This document shows positions 19,829 through 29,059 of a DNA stretch of 64,000 nucleotides, piece by piece. A program made the translations under genes and the position numbers. The DNA is taken from the NCBI GenBank assembly GCA_040754815.1, contig JBFMBX010000003.1:346329-410328 (forward strand). Direction: 5' to 3'. The DNA is from Chloroflexota bacterium (GTDB lineage: Bacteria > Chloroflexota > Anaerolineae > Anaerolineales > Anaerolineaceae). How positions within the stretch are numbered: the stretch's first letter is position 1; each line of letters starts with the position of its first letter. The notes below the pieces were generated by a model that ran no database searches, was not told the DNA's origin, and saw only the letters and a program-made list of their open reading frames with translations.

Positions 19829-20845
19829 TTGAGTACAAATGAAAATTTTAAAGAACCCGTTTGGAAATTTCGCGGTTATGAATTGAGACCATCTGAATTT
19901 ACTACTGCGATGGTTCATTATTATCGTGCAGAAATTCAAAGAAGTAATGTATGGAGAACAAGACTCGACTCCACAACTAATTGGGCGGTTGTAACAACAG
20001 GAGCAACCCTCTCTTTTGTTCTTTCCAGTCCGGATAATCATTTTGTGATTATTTTGTTAACCACCATCCTGATTGCCGTATTTCTCTGGATGGAAGCCCG
20101 CCGTTACCGATATTATGAATTGTGGAGTTACAGGGCTCGATTGCTCGAAACCGATTTTTTCGCGGCAATGCTTGTACCCCCATTCGCACCTCATGCTGAA
20201 TGGGCAGAAAGTCTGGCTCAATCCCTTCTCCAGCCTGATTTTCCAATAACAATGTGGGAGGCAATTGGAAGACGGCTACGGCGAAATTACTTTTGGATTT
20301 TTATCGTCCTGCTTGTATCGTGGATTATTAAAATTGTATTGCATCCATATCCTTTGACCAGCTGGTCTGAATTTATCCAGAGATCGACTCTTGCTGGTAT
20401 TCCGGGAGAAGTGATTATTGCTGGAGGCGTATTATTTTATTTTGGGTTAGTTGTTTTAGCAATTTGGACAGCCAGATTTCATCAGGCCAGCGGCGAGGTC
20501 TTGCCAAAATATGATGTATTCAGTCCAGCAGAAAAGACGGGGACACGCAGGCCGGAATTTGCGAAAAGGAAGCAGCTGCTGGTCTGGATTGTGACCGATC
20601 AGCAAGATTTGATTTCAAAAGCCATTATGGAAATCATGCATCGCGGGGTTACTTCGATAAGCGGCACGGGGATGTATACACAAAAAAGTCACTCGGTTTT
20701 GATGGTGGCTTTAACTGTTACTGAGATTGCGGAATTGAAACGAATTGTTCAAAATATTGACCCCAAGGCATTTATCGTGGTAAACCCTGCTCAGGGTGTT
20801 TTTGGAGGTGGTTTCCAGCCACTTTCCGTTGAGGATGAAAATTAG
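19829..20845 (+). CDS. DUF2270-like membrane protein with C-terminal DUF2179/YitT-type (PII-like) domain
   Basis: HYYRAE...WRTRLDSTTNWAVV (DUF2270-like); C-terminal HRGVTSISGTGMYT...IDPKAFI...V.GGGF (DUF2179-like); TTG start with AGGAGG RBS. Confidence 0.7.
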   Translation: MSTNENFKEPVWKFRGYELRPSEFTTAMVHYYRAEIQRSNVWRTRLDSTTNWAVVTTGATLSFVLSSPDNHFVIILLTTILIAVFLWMEARRYRYYELWSYRARLLETDFFAAMLVPPFAPHAEWAESLAQSLLQPDFPITMWEAIGRRLRRNYFWIFIVLLVSWIIKIVLHPYPLTSWSEFIQRSTLAGIPGEVIIAGGVLFYFGLVVLAIWTARFHQASGEVLPKYDVFSPAEKTGTRRPEFAKRKQLLVWIVTDQQDLISKAIMEIMHRGVTSISGTGMYTQKSHSVLMVALTVTEIAELKRIVQNIDPKAFIVVNPAQGVFGGGFQPLSVEDEN

Positions 20846-20866
20846 GAAATAAACATTGCGTTACGG

Positions 20867-21586
20867 CTATTTCTCGGGAATTGAGTTTGAATTTTGATCT
20901 GAAAACCAGTATCCTACCCCCCATTTTGTCATGATATAGCGCGGATTGCTGGGGTCTTGTTCAACTTTTTCCCGCAGGTAGCGAACATAGAGCGACAGGC
21001 TTGCTACTGCATCCGTGTAATTTTCTCCCCATGCTTCTTTCAGAAGATCTTCATGGGTTACTACCGCGCCAATATTACGTACAAGACAAGCCAGCAACCG
21101 ATATTCGGTTGGTGTCAGATGGATCATTTTCCCTTCTCGATAGACATGTTTCGTTTCCAAATTGATGCGTAAAAATCCATCATCGTATTCTAAAATACCC
21201 GAATCCGAACTGTTCGATGATTTTTTGCTGCGTTTTAGCAGGGCGGAAATGCGAGCCTCCAATTCTCTCAAACTGAAAGGTTTACGAACATAATCATCAC
21301 CCCCAACCTCAAAACCTTTGATCAAGTCCTGTTCTCGGCCCTTGGCTGTCAAAAAAAGGATTGGTGCTTCGGTAATTTTCCGCAGTCGCTTGCATACTTC
21401 ATAACCATCCAATCCCGGCATCATAATATCCAGAATAATGAGATCCGGACGATTTTTTTGAACGGCAAGAATTGCCTCGTTGCTATTGTTTATGCCAATA
21501 ACCTCATAACCGCGCGGGGAGAGATTGACCCGCACCAATTCGCATAAAGTTTCATCATCATCAATCATTATGATTTTGGGTTTCAT
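20867..21586 (-). CDS. OmpR/KdpE-family response regulator
   Basis: IDDD, LDIMMPGLDG, FLTAK, KPF, winged helix LTPTEYRLL...TKWGVGY. Confidence 0.95.
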   Translation of the reverse strand: MKPKIIMIDDDETLCELVRVNLSPRGYEVIGINNSNEAILAVQKNRPDLIILDIMMPGLDGYEVCKRLRKITEAPILFLTAKGREQDLIKGFEVGGDDYVRKPFSLRELEARISALLKRSKKSSNSSDSGILEYDDGFLRINLETKHVYREGKMIHLTPTEYRLLACLVRNIGAVVTHEDLLKEAWGENYTDAVASLSLYVRYLREKVEQDPSNPRYIMTKWGVGYWFSDQNSNSIPEK

Positions 21587-24002
21587 GGGTAGCCTCCATT
21601 ATGGGAAGTGAAATTCTAAAACAGCTGCCTTCTCCCGGTTTGCTTTCTACCCAAATCTTACCTCCCAGCGACTCGGTGAGCATTTTGGCAACATATAACC
21701 CAATGCCATGACCGTAAACTTCTTGTGAATCGCCCCCAGTCGCCCGATAAAAACGGTTAAAGATCAAGGATTGTTTTTCGGGTTCGATACCTGGACCAAA
21801 ATCAATAACGCTTACTTCAGCTGTTTTATTGTTCGAAATTGATAATTCAACCCGAATTTCGCTATGTTGAGGGGAATATTTCACTGCATTATCTATTAGA
21901 TTGCTAAGAATTGAATTCAAGGCATTTTCGTCCGCCATTACCCAAACGGAAGTTTTCGGTTTGACAAATTCTATCCTTCTTCTAGGAACAATAATACGCC
22001 ACTCTTCAATTAAGTTTTCCACAATAAATGTTAATGGTAATGGGCGAAGTTCAACTTGAAATTGATGGGTTTCAAGTTGGTGAACATCCAGTATTCGGTC
22101 TAAAAATTGAGATAACCGCTGGCTTTCTGTAGATAATGTATCCAGATATTTTCGGTCAGGAATGGGTTCATTTCTTTCCAAAGAAGATGTGATTAGATCG
22201 CTAATGGATTGAATTTTTGTCAGAGGAGTGCGCATTTCATGAGAAATAGAAGAGATCATCTCTTCCTGAAGTCGATTTAATTCTTCACGTTCGGTGATAT
22301 CTCTTAATAAAATTACCGCACGGGAAGGAGATGTGTTTTCCTCGAAGACGGGGGCGGCAGAAATGTTGACAATTCTGCGTTTTGAATTGTGTGGTTGAAT
22401 TGGAACAAGTTCTAAGTTAAAGGAGGATTGATTTTCCCACGCTTTTTGTAATTCTTTATAAAACTGTGCGCAGATTTCGGTTGATAATCCCAGAGTTTCA
22501 CAAAAGTATGTCCCGATTATGTCTTTTTCCGGTTGGCCAAGTTGCTCTTGAGCGGCTGGATTGGCAGAAAGGATTGTGCCATTCCTGTTGATTGTGATGA
22601 GTCCATCCGTAATTGATTCGATTATCAGACTGGTTTGCTGCTTTTCTTTTGAGATTTCCTGAAACAATCTTACATTGGCGAGTGAGGTTGCGGCATGATC
22701 GGCAAGTAAGGATAAAACCCATTGACTGGTACGATCAAATGCCTCAACACGATTACTTTCTACGATTATGATGCCATTCAACGACTTTCCGTGAGTAATG
22801 GTACAGGATAGTTGCGAAGCAGACTGTTTAAAGACAAAGGGTAAAGATAAATCAATATCGTTATTGAGTTGTTGAGATAATGAGGAAATTGCTTCTTGAA
22901 GAATTTGAGTTGTGCGCTCAGTGCTTACTTCATCGCCGATGATTTTTTGTATGATTAAATTCTCATCCAACTTAATCCAGATAACACCCGATTCTGCCTG
23001 GGTGATATCCAGCGCTGTTGAGAGAGTTAATTCCACCACCTTTTCTGCATCTAAAAGATTATTCAAAACCTGACTTGTACGTTGAATGGTTGAAAGCTGG
23101 GAAATTTGTCTTTCGAGTGCATAATCTGTACGGGTATAACGATATGCCTGTTCAATGGCTTTTTCCACTGCTGTTAAGAGTTCATTCAATCTCCCAATGT
23201 CCTCATCATAAAAATAGCCTGTTAGTTTGTTTATTAATACTATATAACCAATTTCGTTACCGCTGCTGTTATATAAGAGACGGCTCAATATTGAATTGAC
23301 CGTGTTGGGCTGAGGAAAATTTTCCAGAAGAATTGAATCGGGAGCATCTAAATTATTAATATAAAAAGACTCATTTTGAGATAATATATAATTTCCTAAG
23401 GTAGGATACTCATTTTCGGAACGGGTGCGTAAAGCAGCCCGCCCTTTGATAGTGTAAACCTGCCATTGTCTGGTTATGGGATTTTGTAATAAAACACAAA
23501 CCTGTTGCACACGAATAATTTTGTGAATTTGTTCGATAGTTATCCGCGTGATTTCTTCCAGATTTAGAGCTTGACTGAGTAGTGTTTCATGGCTTTTAAG
23601 GGCCAGTCTTAATAAAGTTCTTTGGCGTACCGAGGTGGATAAATCGCCAATAACCAAAGCTGAAATGAATAAAAGTAAACTTACGCCGACCCTTTCTATG
23701 GATTCAAAAGTAAAACCCTTAAGCTGGATAACAAATGGAATTTCTAACAATAACAAACTGCTAAATATGCCCGCGCCCATCACTCCGGCAGGAACACCAA
23801 AAAAATATGCCATCGAAATAACCGGTAAAAGGGAGATTAGATGTAAAAAATATGAGACAGTGAGATTGTTGATGAGGTTAAGGTGATAAACCCCGATAAG
23901 CACCATGCTGATAGAAGAGACAAATAACAAAGCCAAATCGCGAGGGCGAAAGTGTTGTTTTAACTGTTTTTGGGTAGTGAAAGATGTACTTAAGTTACTC
24001 AT
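21561..24002 (-). CDS. Sensor histidine kinase (N-terminal TM, two GAF-like domains, PAS, HisKA, HATPase)
   Basis: SHEMRTPLT H-box, NLIDNAVKYS, DFGPGI, GHGIGL, SKPGEGSCF. Confidence 0.92.
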   Translation of the reverse strand: MSNLSTSFTTQKQLKQHFRPRDLALLFVSSISMVLIGVYHLNLINNLTVSYFLHLISLLPVISMAYFFGVPAGVMGAGIFSSLLLLEIPFVIQLKGFTFESIERVGVSLLLFISALVIGDLSTSVRQRTLLRLALKSHETLLSQALNLEEITRITIEQIHKIIRVQQVCVLLQNPITRQWQVYTIKGRAALRTRSENEYPTLGNYILSQNESFYINNLDAPDSILLENFPQPNTVNSILSRLLYNSSGNEIGYIVLINKLTGYFYDEDIGRLNELLTAVEKAIEQAYRYTRTDYALERQISQLSTIQRTSQVLNNLLDAEKVVELTLSTALDITQAESGVIWIKLDENLIIQKIIGDEVSTERTTQILQEAISSLSQQLNNDIDLSLPFVFKQSASQLSCTITHGKSLNGIIIVESNRVEAFDRTSQWVLSLLADHAATSLANVRLFQEISKEKQQTSLIIESITDGLITINRNGTILSANPAAQEQLGQPEKDIIGTYFCETLGLSTEICAQFYKELQKAWENQSSFNLELVPIQPHNSKRRIVNISAAPVFEENTSPSRAVILLRDITEREELNRLQEEMISSISHEMRTPLTKIQSISDLITSSLERNEPIPDRKYLDTLSTESQRLSQFLDRILDVHQLETHQFQVELRPLPLTFIVENLIEEWRIIVPRRRIEFVKPKTSVWVMADENALNSILSNLIDNAVKYSPQHSEIRVELSISNNKTAEVSVIDFGPGIEPEKQSLIFNRFYRATGGDSQEVYGHGIGLYVAKMLTESLGGKIWVESKPGEGSCFRISLPIMEATHETQNHND

Positions 24003-24922
24003 AAGTAGAAGGGTTGAATAATAATCATGGAGAAAGCAACATTAGCCGCAAACCCCACATAAATATTACGCCATCTATATATAATATATGTACTTATCGT
24101 TGACAGGATCAGTTTGTAAATCAAAACGATTGTGCCATACAATAAGGCGTTGGGGTTGCTGGCAAGGTAAATCCAGGCGGGCACGTATAAAATGATATTC
24201 AATGTGTCCACCCAAAGAATAGTTTTTCTCAGGGAAAATAATTTCTCGTCAAATAAGAGTGTGAATATCTTACCACGGTAGAAAAGTTCCTCGGAGGGGA
24301 TTAAAAGACCGGCGAATAATCCAAATAACCAGATGACTTTTTCGGTGTACAAAGCCGGTAAGGGGAGATCGGGGATGGGGAAAAATCGGGCAACTAACAA
24401 AGCGTGTAATGCTAATCCTGCTCCTACAAATGCACCTGTTGCAATGTGGATATAAGGGTAAGCCGGGATAAGGCTATATCTTCTGGTTTGAGGTATATTT
24501 TTTTCAAATAACCATGATAAAACGACCCAGGTAATTACTAAAGCAATCAAGGAAAACCAACCCGAATTTGGAAAAATTTTTGGATTAAGGTCTGGGTTAA
24601 TCAACCAGACAAACGTGGCTAATGCTATGGTAACCAGTAAAAATGCGATTTTGAGGGTTAGTTTTTGTGGTAAATTTTGAAAAAAATCGTTTAATCCGAA
24701 CAGCAATAACAAGGGAGAGAAAACATAGATCAAGAATAAATTTTTAAATGGCAAATTTTTTATGAGCGGATATGCAACAATTAACAAAAATGGAACTGCC
24801 AAATTCAGGATGAGAATATTTCGCCATTCCATTTTTCGGATGGCCATAAACTTTTGACGATACGTTCGAAAATCGCTTCGAATTCTTAGAAATAATGCTT
24901 CCATGGATATATAAATTTGCAA
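23999..24922 (-). CDS. CPBP (Abi/CAAX protease-like) membrane protein with apparently degenerate metal-binding motifs
   Basis: Multi-TM with SEELFYRG motif; the downstream FxxxH and HxxxN histidines are not seen; start may be ATG 24904. Confidence 0.6.
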   Translation of the reverse strand: MQIYISMEALFLRIRSDFRTYRQKFMAIRKMEWRNILILNLAVPFLLIVAYPLIKNLPFKNLFLIYVFSPLLLLFGLNDFFQNLPQKLTLKIAFLLVTIALATFVWLINPDLNPKIFPNSGWFSLIALVITWVVLSWLFEKNIPQTRRYSLIPAYPYIHIATGAFVGAGLALHALLVARFFPIPDLPLPALYTEKVIWLFGLFAGLLIPSEELFYRGKIFTLLFDEKLFSLRKTILWVDTLNIILYVPAWIYLASNPNALLYGTIVLIYKLILSTISTYIIYRWRNIYVGFAANVAFSMIIIQPFYL

Positions 24923-24983
24923 AAGGATGAAATAAATCTATCGCTAATCTTTATTATACTCATACAATAACTAATATTAAATC

Positions 24984-25010
24984 GCGATTCTGGTGAAGAA
25001 TCGCTTTTTT
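24984..25010. terminator. Hairpin downstream of htrA
   Basis: gcgattct / agaatcgc stem with T-run on the plus side; orientation ambiguous. Confidence 0.35.
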
Positions 25011-25052
25011 TCAAAACTGACAGGGTAGCTACTTAGAGGAATGGAATAAATA

Positions 25053-26189
25053 TTATTTTGATGCCCCCAGAGTGATTTTGATTTCTAGAATGCGTTGGCG
25101 ACGGTATAACTTGACATTGATTGTATCGCCGGGTTTTTGTGCAAATAAAGCATTTAAGTATGATCTTTGTTGGTTAATTTCTAAATCACCAATCTGGATG
25201 ATGATATCTCCCCTTTGTATACCACCAAGATCGGCCGGGCTGCCCGGTTCAACGCTCATTACGTACGCACCCCAATCAACAGGCAACTGGTAACGTCGCG
25301 CTATGGAAGGTGTAATCCCTTGCCATGTAATGCCTAAATACGGTCTGGAAAAATATCCGTTGGTTATAATTTGTTCGCTGATTAGACGAACTGTATTGGA
25401 GGGAATTGCAAAACCCAATCCCTCAGCAACAGTGGTGCTGCCCAATCCGCCACGAACGATCAGGGTGTTTATTCCAATTACTTCCCCGTTCAGGTTCACC
25501 AGCGGCCCACCCGAATTGCCCTGATTAATCGCCGCATCTGTTTGAATTAAATCCTCCATCGTGTAACCTTTTCCGGTGTCTAAAACCCTACCTGTGGCGC
25601 TAACTACACCTACAGTTACGGTATTGCGAAATTCTCCAAGCGGCGATCCGATTGCTATGACCGTTTCGCCGGGGGTTAAGCGATCCGAATCTCCAAAAAC
25701 TGCAACAGCGGGCATACTTCCTTCGGCTTTGAGGACAGCCAGATCGGCATAGACATCGCCGTTGATCAAGGATGCCTTGACCTGTTCGCCATTTGAAAGG
25801 ATTACATAAATGTCACTGGTGCCTTCTATAACATGATAATTTGTAACGATGTGGCCTTGTTCGGAAACAATAACTCCACTCCCACTTACTGTTTCGTCGG
25901 GTGCCCTTCCAAACAGGGTCATTTGACCGGCTATGGTGCCAACCACAGTGACAACTGCGGGGGATACTTTTTCAACGGCTTGAGTGATGCTAGTCTGGAT
26001 ATCGCTTTGCGAAAAATTCAATACTTGAGTAGTGGGAGTGGGGTTGGGAGCGGTTAAACTATCAGATACTTTCGCATTTGGGTTTTGACTTAGAACAAAT
26101 AAACCACCGCCAATTGCGCCGGCAAAGGCACTAAAGCAGGAAAGGATGATAATGATTAATCCAAAGACAACAATTTTTTTCGTTGACAT
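25053..26189 (-). CDS. htrA: HtrA/DegP-family serine protease with N-terminal TM and one PDZ domain
   Basis: SGSGVI, VTNYHVI (His), DLAVLK (Asp), GNSGGPL (Ser), C-terminal PDZ GSPADLGGIQRGDII. Confidence 0.93.
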   Translation of the reverse strand: MSTKKIVVFGLIIIILSCFSAFAGAIGGGLFVLSQNPNAKVSDSLTAPNPTPTTQVLNFSQSDIQTSITQAVEKVSPAVVTVVGTIAGQMTLFGRAPDETVSGSGVIVSEQGHIVTNYHVIEGTSDIYVILSNGEQVKASLINGDVYADLAVLKAEGSMPAVAVFGDSDRLTPGETVIAIGSPLGEFRNTVTVGVVSATGRVLDTGKGYTMEDLIQTDAAINQGNSGGPLVNLNGEVIGINTLIVRGGLGSTTVAEGLGFAIPSNTVRLISEQIITNGYFSRPYLGITWQGITPSIARRYQLPVDWGAYVMSVEPGSPADLGGIQRGDIIIQIGDLEINQQRSYLNALFAQKPGDTINVKLYRRQRILEIKITLGASK

Positions 26190-26286
26190 ATTAACCCTCC
26201 GTTTGAGGATTATATGGCTGGATTATTAGGAAGTTGTTAAGGTTTTATATTACGATTATTAGAAAATGAGCTCAGAGAGAGGTTCC

Positions 26287-26670
26287 CTATTCCAGTTTGC
26301 CATCTGACAGAATTGATTTTTTTAATTGAGTTCTCAATTGAGTGATCTGATCAGTCACTTGCTGAATGTGGGCAAACAATTCCGTATTGTGTTTTATTCC
26401 TTCATTAATCAATAATGCGGCAGCTTCGGAACGGCTTTTGGCAATTTCAGCTTCGACCAGCATATCAAGATGTTTGAGGGTTTCATCGTTGACTCGAACC
26501 ATAACCACGTTTCCTCTGGCTTGTAATGCTTCGCCAAGAGTTTGACCGAGATTCTCTACTTGCTTCCACGCTTCTTTGAGGGGATCGGTGTTTTGTCTTC
26601 TTGTTTTTGGTTCGGTGCCTGCCTCGTTTATGGTAGGGTCAGGTTGATTATCAAATTGTTGGTTTTCCAT
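26287..26670 (-). CDS. Small protein with a ribbon-helix-helix-like core and C-terminal coiled coil
   Basis: NVVMVRVNDETLKHLDMLVEAEIAKSRSEAAALLINEG matches a beta-helix-helix pattern; GGAG RBS present. Confidence 0.6.
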   Translation of the reverse strand: MENQQFDNQPDPTINEAGTEPKTRRQNTDPLKEAWKQVENLGQTLGEALQARGNVVMVRVNDETLKHLDMLVEAEIAKSRSEAAALLINEGIKHNTELFAHIQQVTDQITQLRTQLKKSILSDGKLE

Positions 26671-26712
26671 AGGTGTGAAATCTCCAGTTTTGTAATTTAA
26701 TTACACGTAATT

Positions 26713-26740
26713 ATTATACCATTAAAATCGTTAATTGCAA
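26713..26740 (-). promoter_or_regulatory. Sigma70-type promoter with extended -10 for the RHH-like gene (and possibly htrA)
   Basis: Minus strand TTGCAA-16 nt-TATAAT, with TG immediately upstream in TGn position. Confidence 0.55.
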
Positions 26741-26741
26741 C

Positions 26742-26771
26742 AAAAAATCGCGACCTGAATAAAGATCGCGA
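26742..26771 (-). terminator. Intrinsic terminator closing the glycan operon after gmhB
   Basis: Minus strand UCGCGAUC-loop8-GGUCGCGA followed by U6. Confidence 0.7.
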
Positions 26772-26803
26772 GTGATAATAAATTTCAATTAATCAAAAGA
26801 ATG

Positions 26804-27385
26804 TTAAAAAACAGTCTTCACAATTTCAAAAAAGTTTTTATGAATTTTCACCAAATCAAAATATGGCAATTCCTTTATAAACGGCAGTTGCTTATTTCCG
26901 CGTCCAGTTTTTACAAAATATAAATTTCGAATACCAGCAGCGTAACCTGCTTCAATGTCAGATCTGGCATCACCAATAAGCATGGTGTTATGGATGTTAT
27001 GGTTATATTTTTTTATTGCTTCTAAAATTAATCCGGGTTTTGGTTTCCGACATTCGCAATTTTCAAATGGAGCGTGCGGGCAAAAATATATTTTTTCTAT
27101 TTTTCCGCCATGCGATAATATGACTTTTTGAATATATTGACTGATCTCGTTGTATTTTTCGAAGGAAAGAATTCCCCGCCCAATGGAGGATTGATTGGTG
27201 ACAATATAAATTTTGGGCGGGTTGGGAATTTGATTTAATCGGCGAAGAGCGAGCAAAGAGGTTGGGTAAAACCGCACATCGGAGATATCACGGACGTAGT
27301 TTGCCCTGTTATGAATGATTACTCCGTCGCGATCTAAAAAAATGGCCTCAATGATGGTTCTTTCCTGAGTCGTTTCGATGTTCAA
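26804..27385 (-). CDS. gmhB: D,D-heptose 1,7-bisphosphate phosphatase-like HAD IIIA enzyme
   Basis: FLDRDGVI, VTNQS, Zn site CPH...CECRKPKPG, IGDARSDIEAG. Confidence 0.8.
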   Translation of the reverse strand: MNIETTQERTIIEAIFLDRDGVIIHNRANYVRDISDVRFYPTSLLALRRLNQIPNPPKIYIVTNQSSIGRGILSFEKYNEISQYIQKVILSHGGKIEKIYFCPHAPFENCECRKPKPGLILEAIKKYNHNIHNTMLIGDARSDIEAGYAAGIRNLYFVKTGRGNKQLPFIKELPYFDLVKIHKNFFEIVKTVF

Positions 27386-27389
27386 AAAA

Positions 27390-28982
27390 CTACTTTTTTA
27401 CTGCGCTTTTTTCAATTTCAACCGTCTTGCCGTTGGAATTTTCCTTTTTCATGCCGGCATAATAATAATGACTATAATAATAGGCACTTTTAGGAGAGAT
27501 TCCATTAACGATGTAACCTACTACGTTTGCCTTTGCGCGAAGCAACTGGCTCTTGATTTTTTGCAACACATCGCGGCGTGATTTTCCTAAACTGACTACA
27601 ACGAGAACACCATCTACCTGTGCAGAAAGGACCAGCGCATCCGATATAATAAACGGCGGTCCATCAATTATGATTACATCGGCGATCTCTTTGAGCATTT
27701 CAAGAGTTCGATTCATCTCTTGAGAGCCTAATTGCTCGGAAGGATTCGGCGGTGTTGTTCCAGATGGCAGTAAGAAGACCTGATTTTTAAATAAAGGAAT
27801 AAGACATTCTTTCCCAATCTTTCCGTCCAGGAGTAAATCACCTAATCCCTTTTTGTTTTTCAGGTTAAATTTTTCATCAAGTTCCGATTTGTAAAAATCT
27901 GCATCAATGACAATTACGCGTTTTTTCGTTTTGGCAAGCGACAACGCTAAGTTAATTGAAATAGTAGTTTTTCCCTCTGAGTCGCCCGGACTTGAAATTA
28001 ACAAGGTTTTGATGGAATTTCCAAGACCAACGAATTCCAAATTCGTTCGTAGAGAACGAAACGAATCGGTTATAGGAGAAAAGGGCTGATCATTTACATA
28101 ACTTAATGATTCGGAATCTTTAGGAAAGCGGGGGATTTCTCCAAGAAGAGGTTTTTGAAGGATACGCTCTACTTCTTGTGATGAGTGAATCGCCTGATCA
28201 ATCCACTCGATAATATAGGCGCTTGAAGCGGCAAGCCCAAGCCCAATCAGCATGGAAGTTATTACCGTTATCAGCCTATTAGGTCCGATAGGACGTGTTG
28301 GAACTTCTGCAGGTTCAATAACGCTCAGGGTGTTTAATGCGCCACGTGAACTACTGGATAGTAAGCGTGCATAATTCTCTTGCAGGCTTCTCAATTTGTT
28401 TTCTAGGGCGTTAATTTGTTGTTGAGTATCGCTTATCTGACTAGCGCTGCTCAAATTTCCTAAAGTTATTTTTAATTCTTCCAATTCATCAGTGGTATCC
28501 GAGATACTCTGTTCAAGAGTGGATAATTGTTGATCAATGAATGCTTGCCGCTCTGCATCTTCTTCCTGGTTGCCAGAAGGACCTCTTTTGATAAGTTGAT
28601 TGGCTAATTCCGCAGCAACGGCCTGAGCTCGAATGGGATCGGCATCGGTTACTACGATTTCGATAAGCTGAGTATCAGGGAGGGCTTGAGAAGTATATTG
28701 AGGCAACCAGTTGAGATTTAAAGATTCCATAACAGCCCTGCGCACCGGTTCTCGGGTGGCCATATCGGCGTATATGGATGCGAGTTGTTGTTCCAGTAAA
28801 AATTGAGAAGTGCTGGGGTTGGGGTTAGTCAACGATTGACCAATGATTAAAGTAGTTCTGGATTGATACATTGCGGGTTGGCCAAGTGTAATGACGAAGC
28901 TGGCGGCTGCGGCGATCAAACCGGCTGCTAAAATCATCCACCACCATTTTAGTAGAGGGGCATAGTATGTCTTTAAGTCCAT
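27390..28982 (-). CDS. wzc: Wzc-like polysaccharide co-polymerase / BY-kinase
   Basis: Two TM helices around a coiled coil; Walker A SPGDSEGKT, IDAD, IIDGPP, Tyr cluster AYYYSHYYY. Confidence 0.9.
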   Translation of the reverse strand: MDLKTYYAPLLKWWWMILAAGLIAAAASFVITLGQPAMYQSRTTLIIGQSLTNPNPSTSQFLLEQQLASIYADMATREPVRRAVMESLNLNWLPQYTSQALPDTQLIEIVVTDADPIRAQAVAAELANQLIKRGPSGNQEEDAERQAFIDQQLSTLEQSISDTTDELEELKITLGNLSSASQISDTQQQINALENKLRSLQENYARLLSSSSRGALNTLSVIEPAEVPTRPIGPNRLITVITSMLIGLGLAASSAYIIEWIDQAIHSSQEVERILQKPLLGEIPRFPKDSESLSYVNDQPFSPITDSFRSLRTNLEFVGLGNSIKTLLISSPGDSEGKTTISINLALSLAKTKKRVIVIDADFYKSELDEKFNLKNKKGLGDLLLDGKIGKECLIPLFKNQVFLLPSGTTPPNPSEQLGSQEMNRTLEMLKEIADVIIIDGPPFIISDALVLSAQVDGVLVVVSLGKSRRDVLQKIKSQLLRAKANVVGYIVNGISPKSAYYYSHYYYAGMKKENSNGKTVEIEKSAVKK

Positions 28983-29059
28983 GTCAATTCCTATTATTTA
29001 CAATACCCTCAGTTACATTCAAATTGTAACTGTTTTTATTCGATTTATCTATAAAATAT

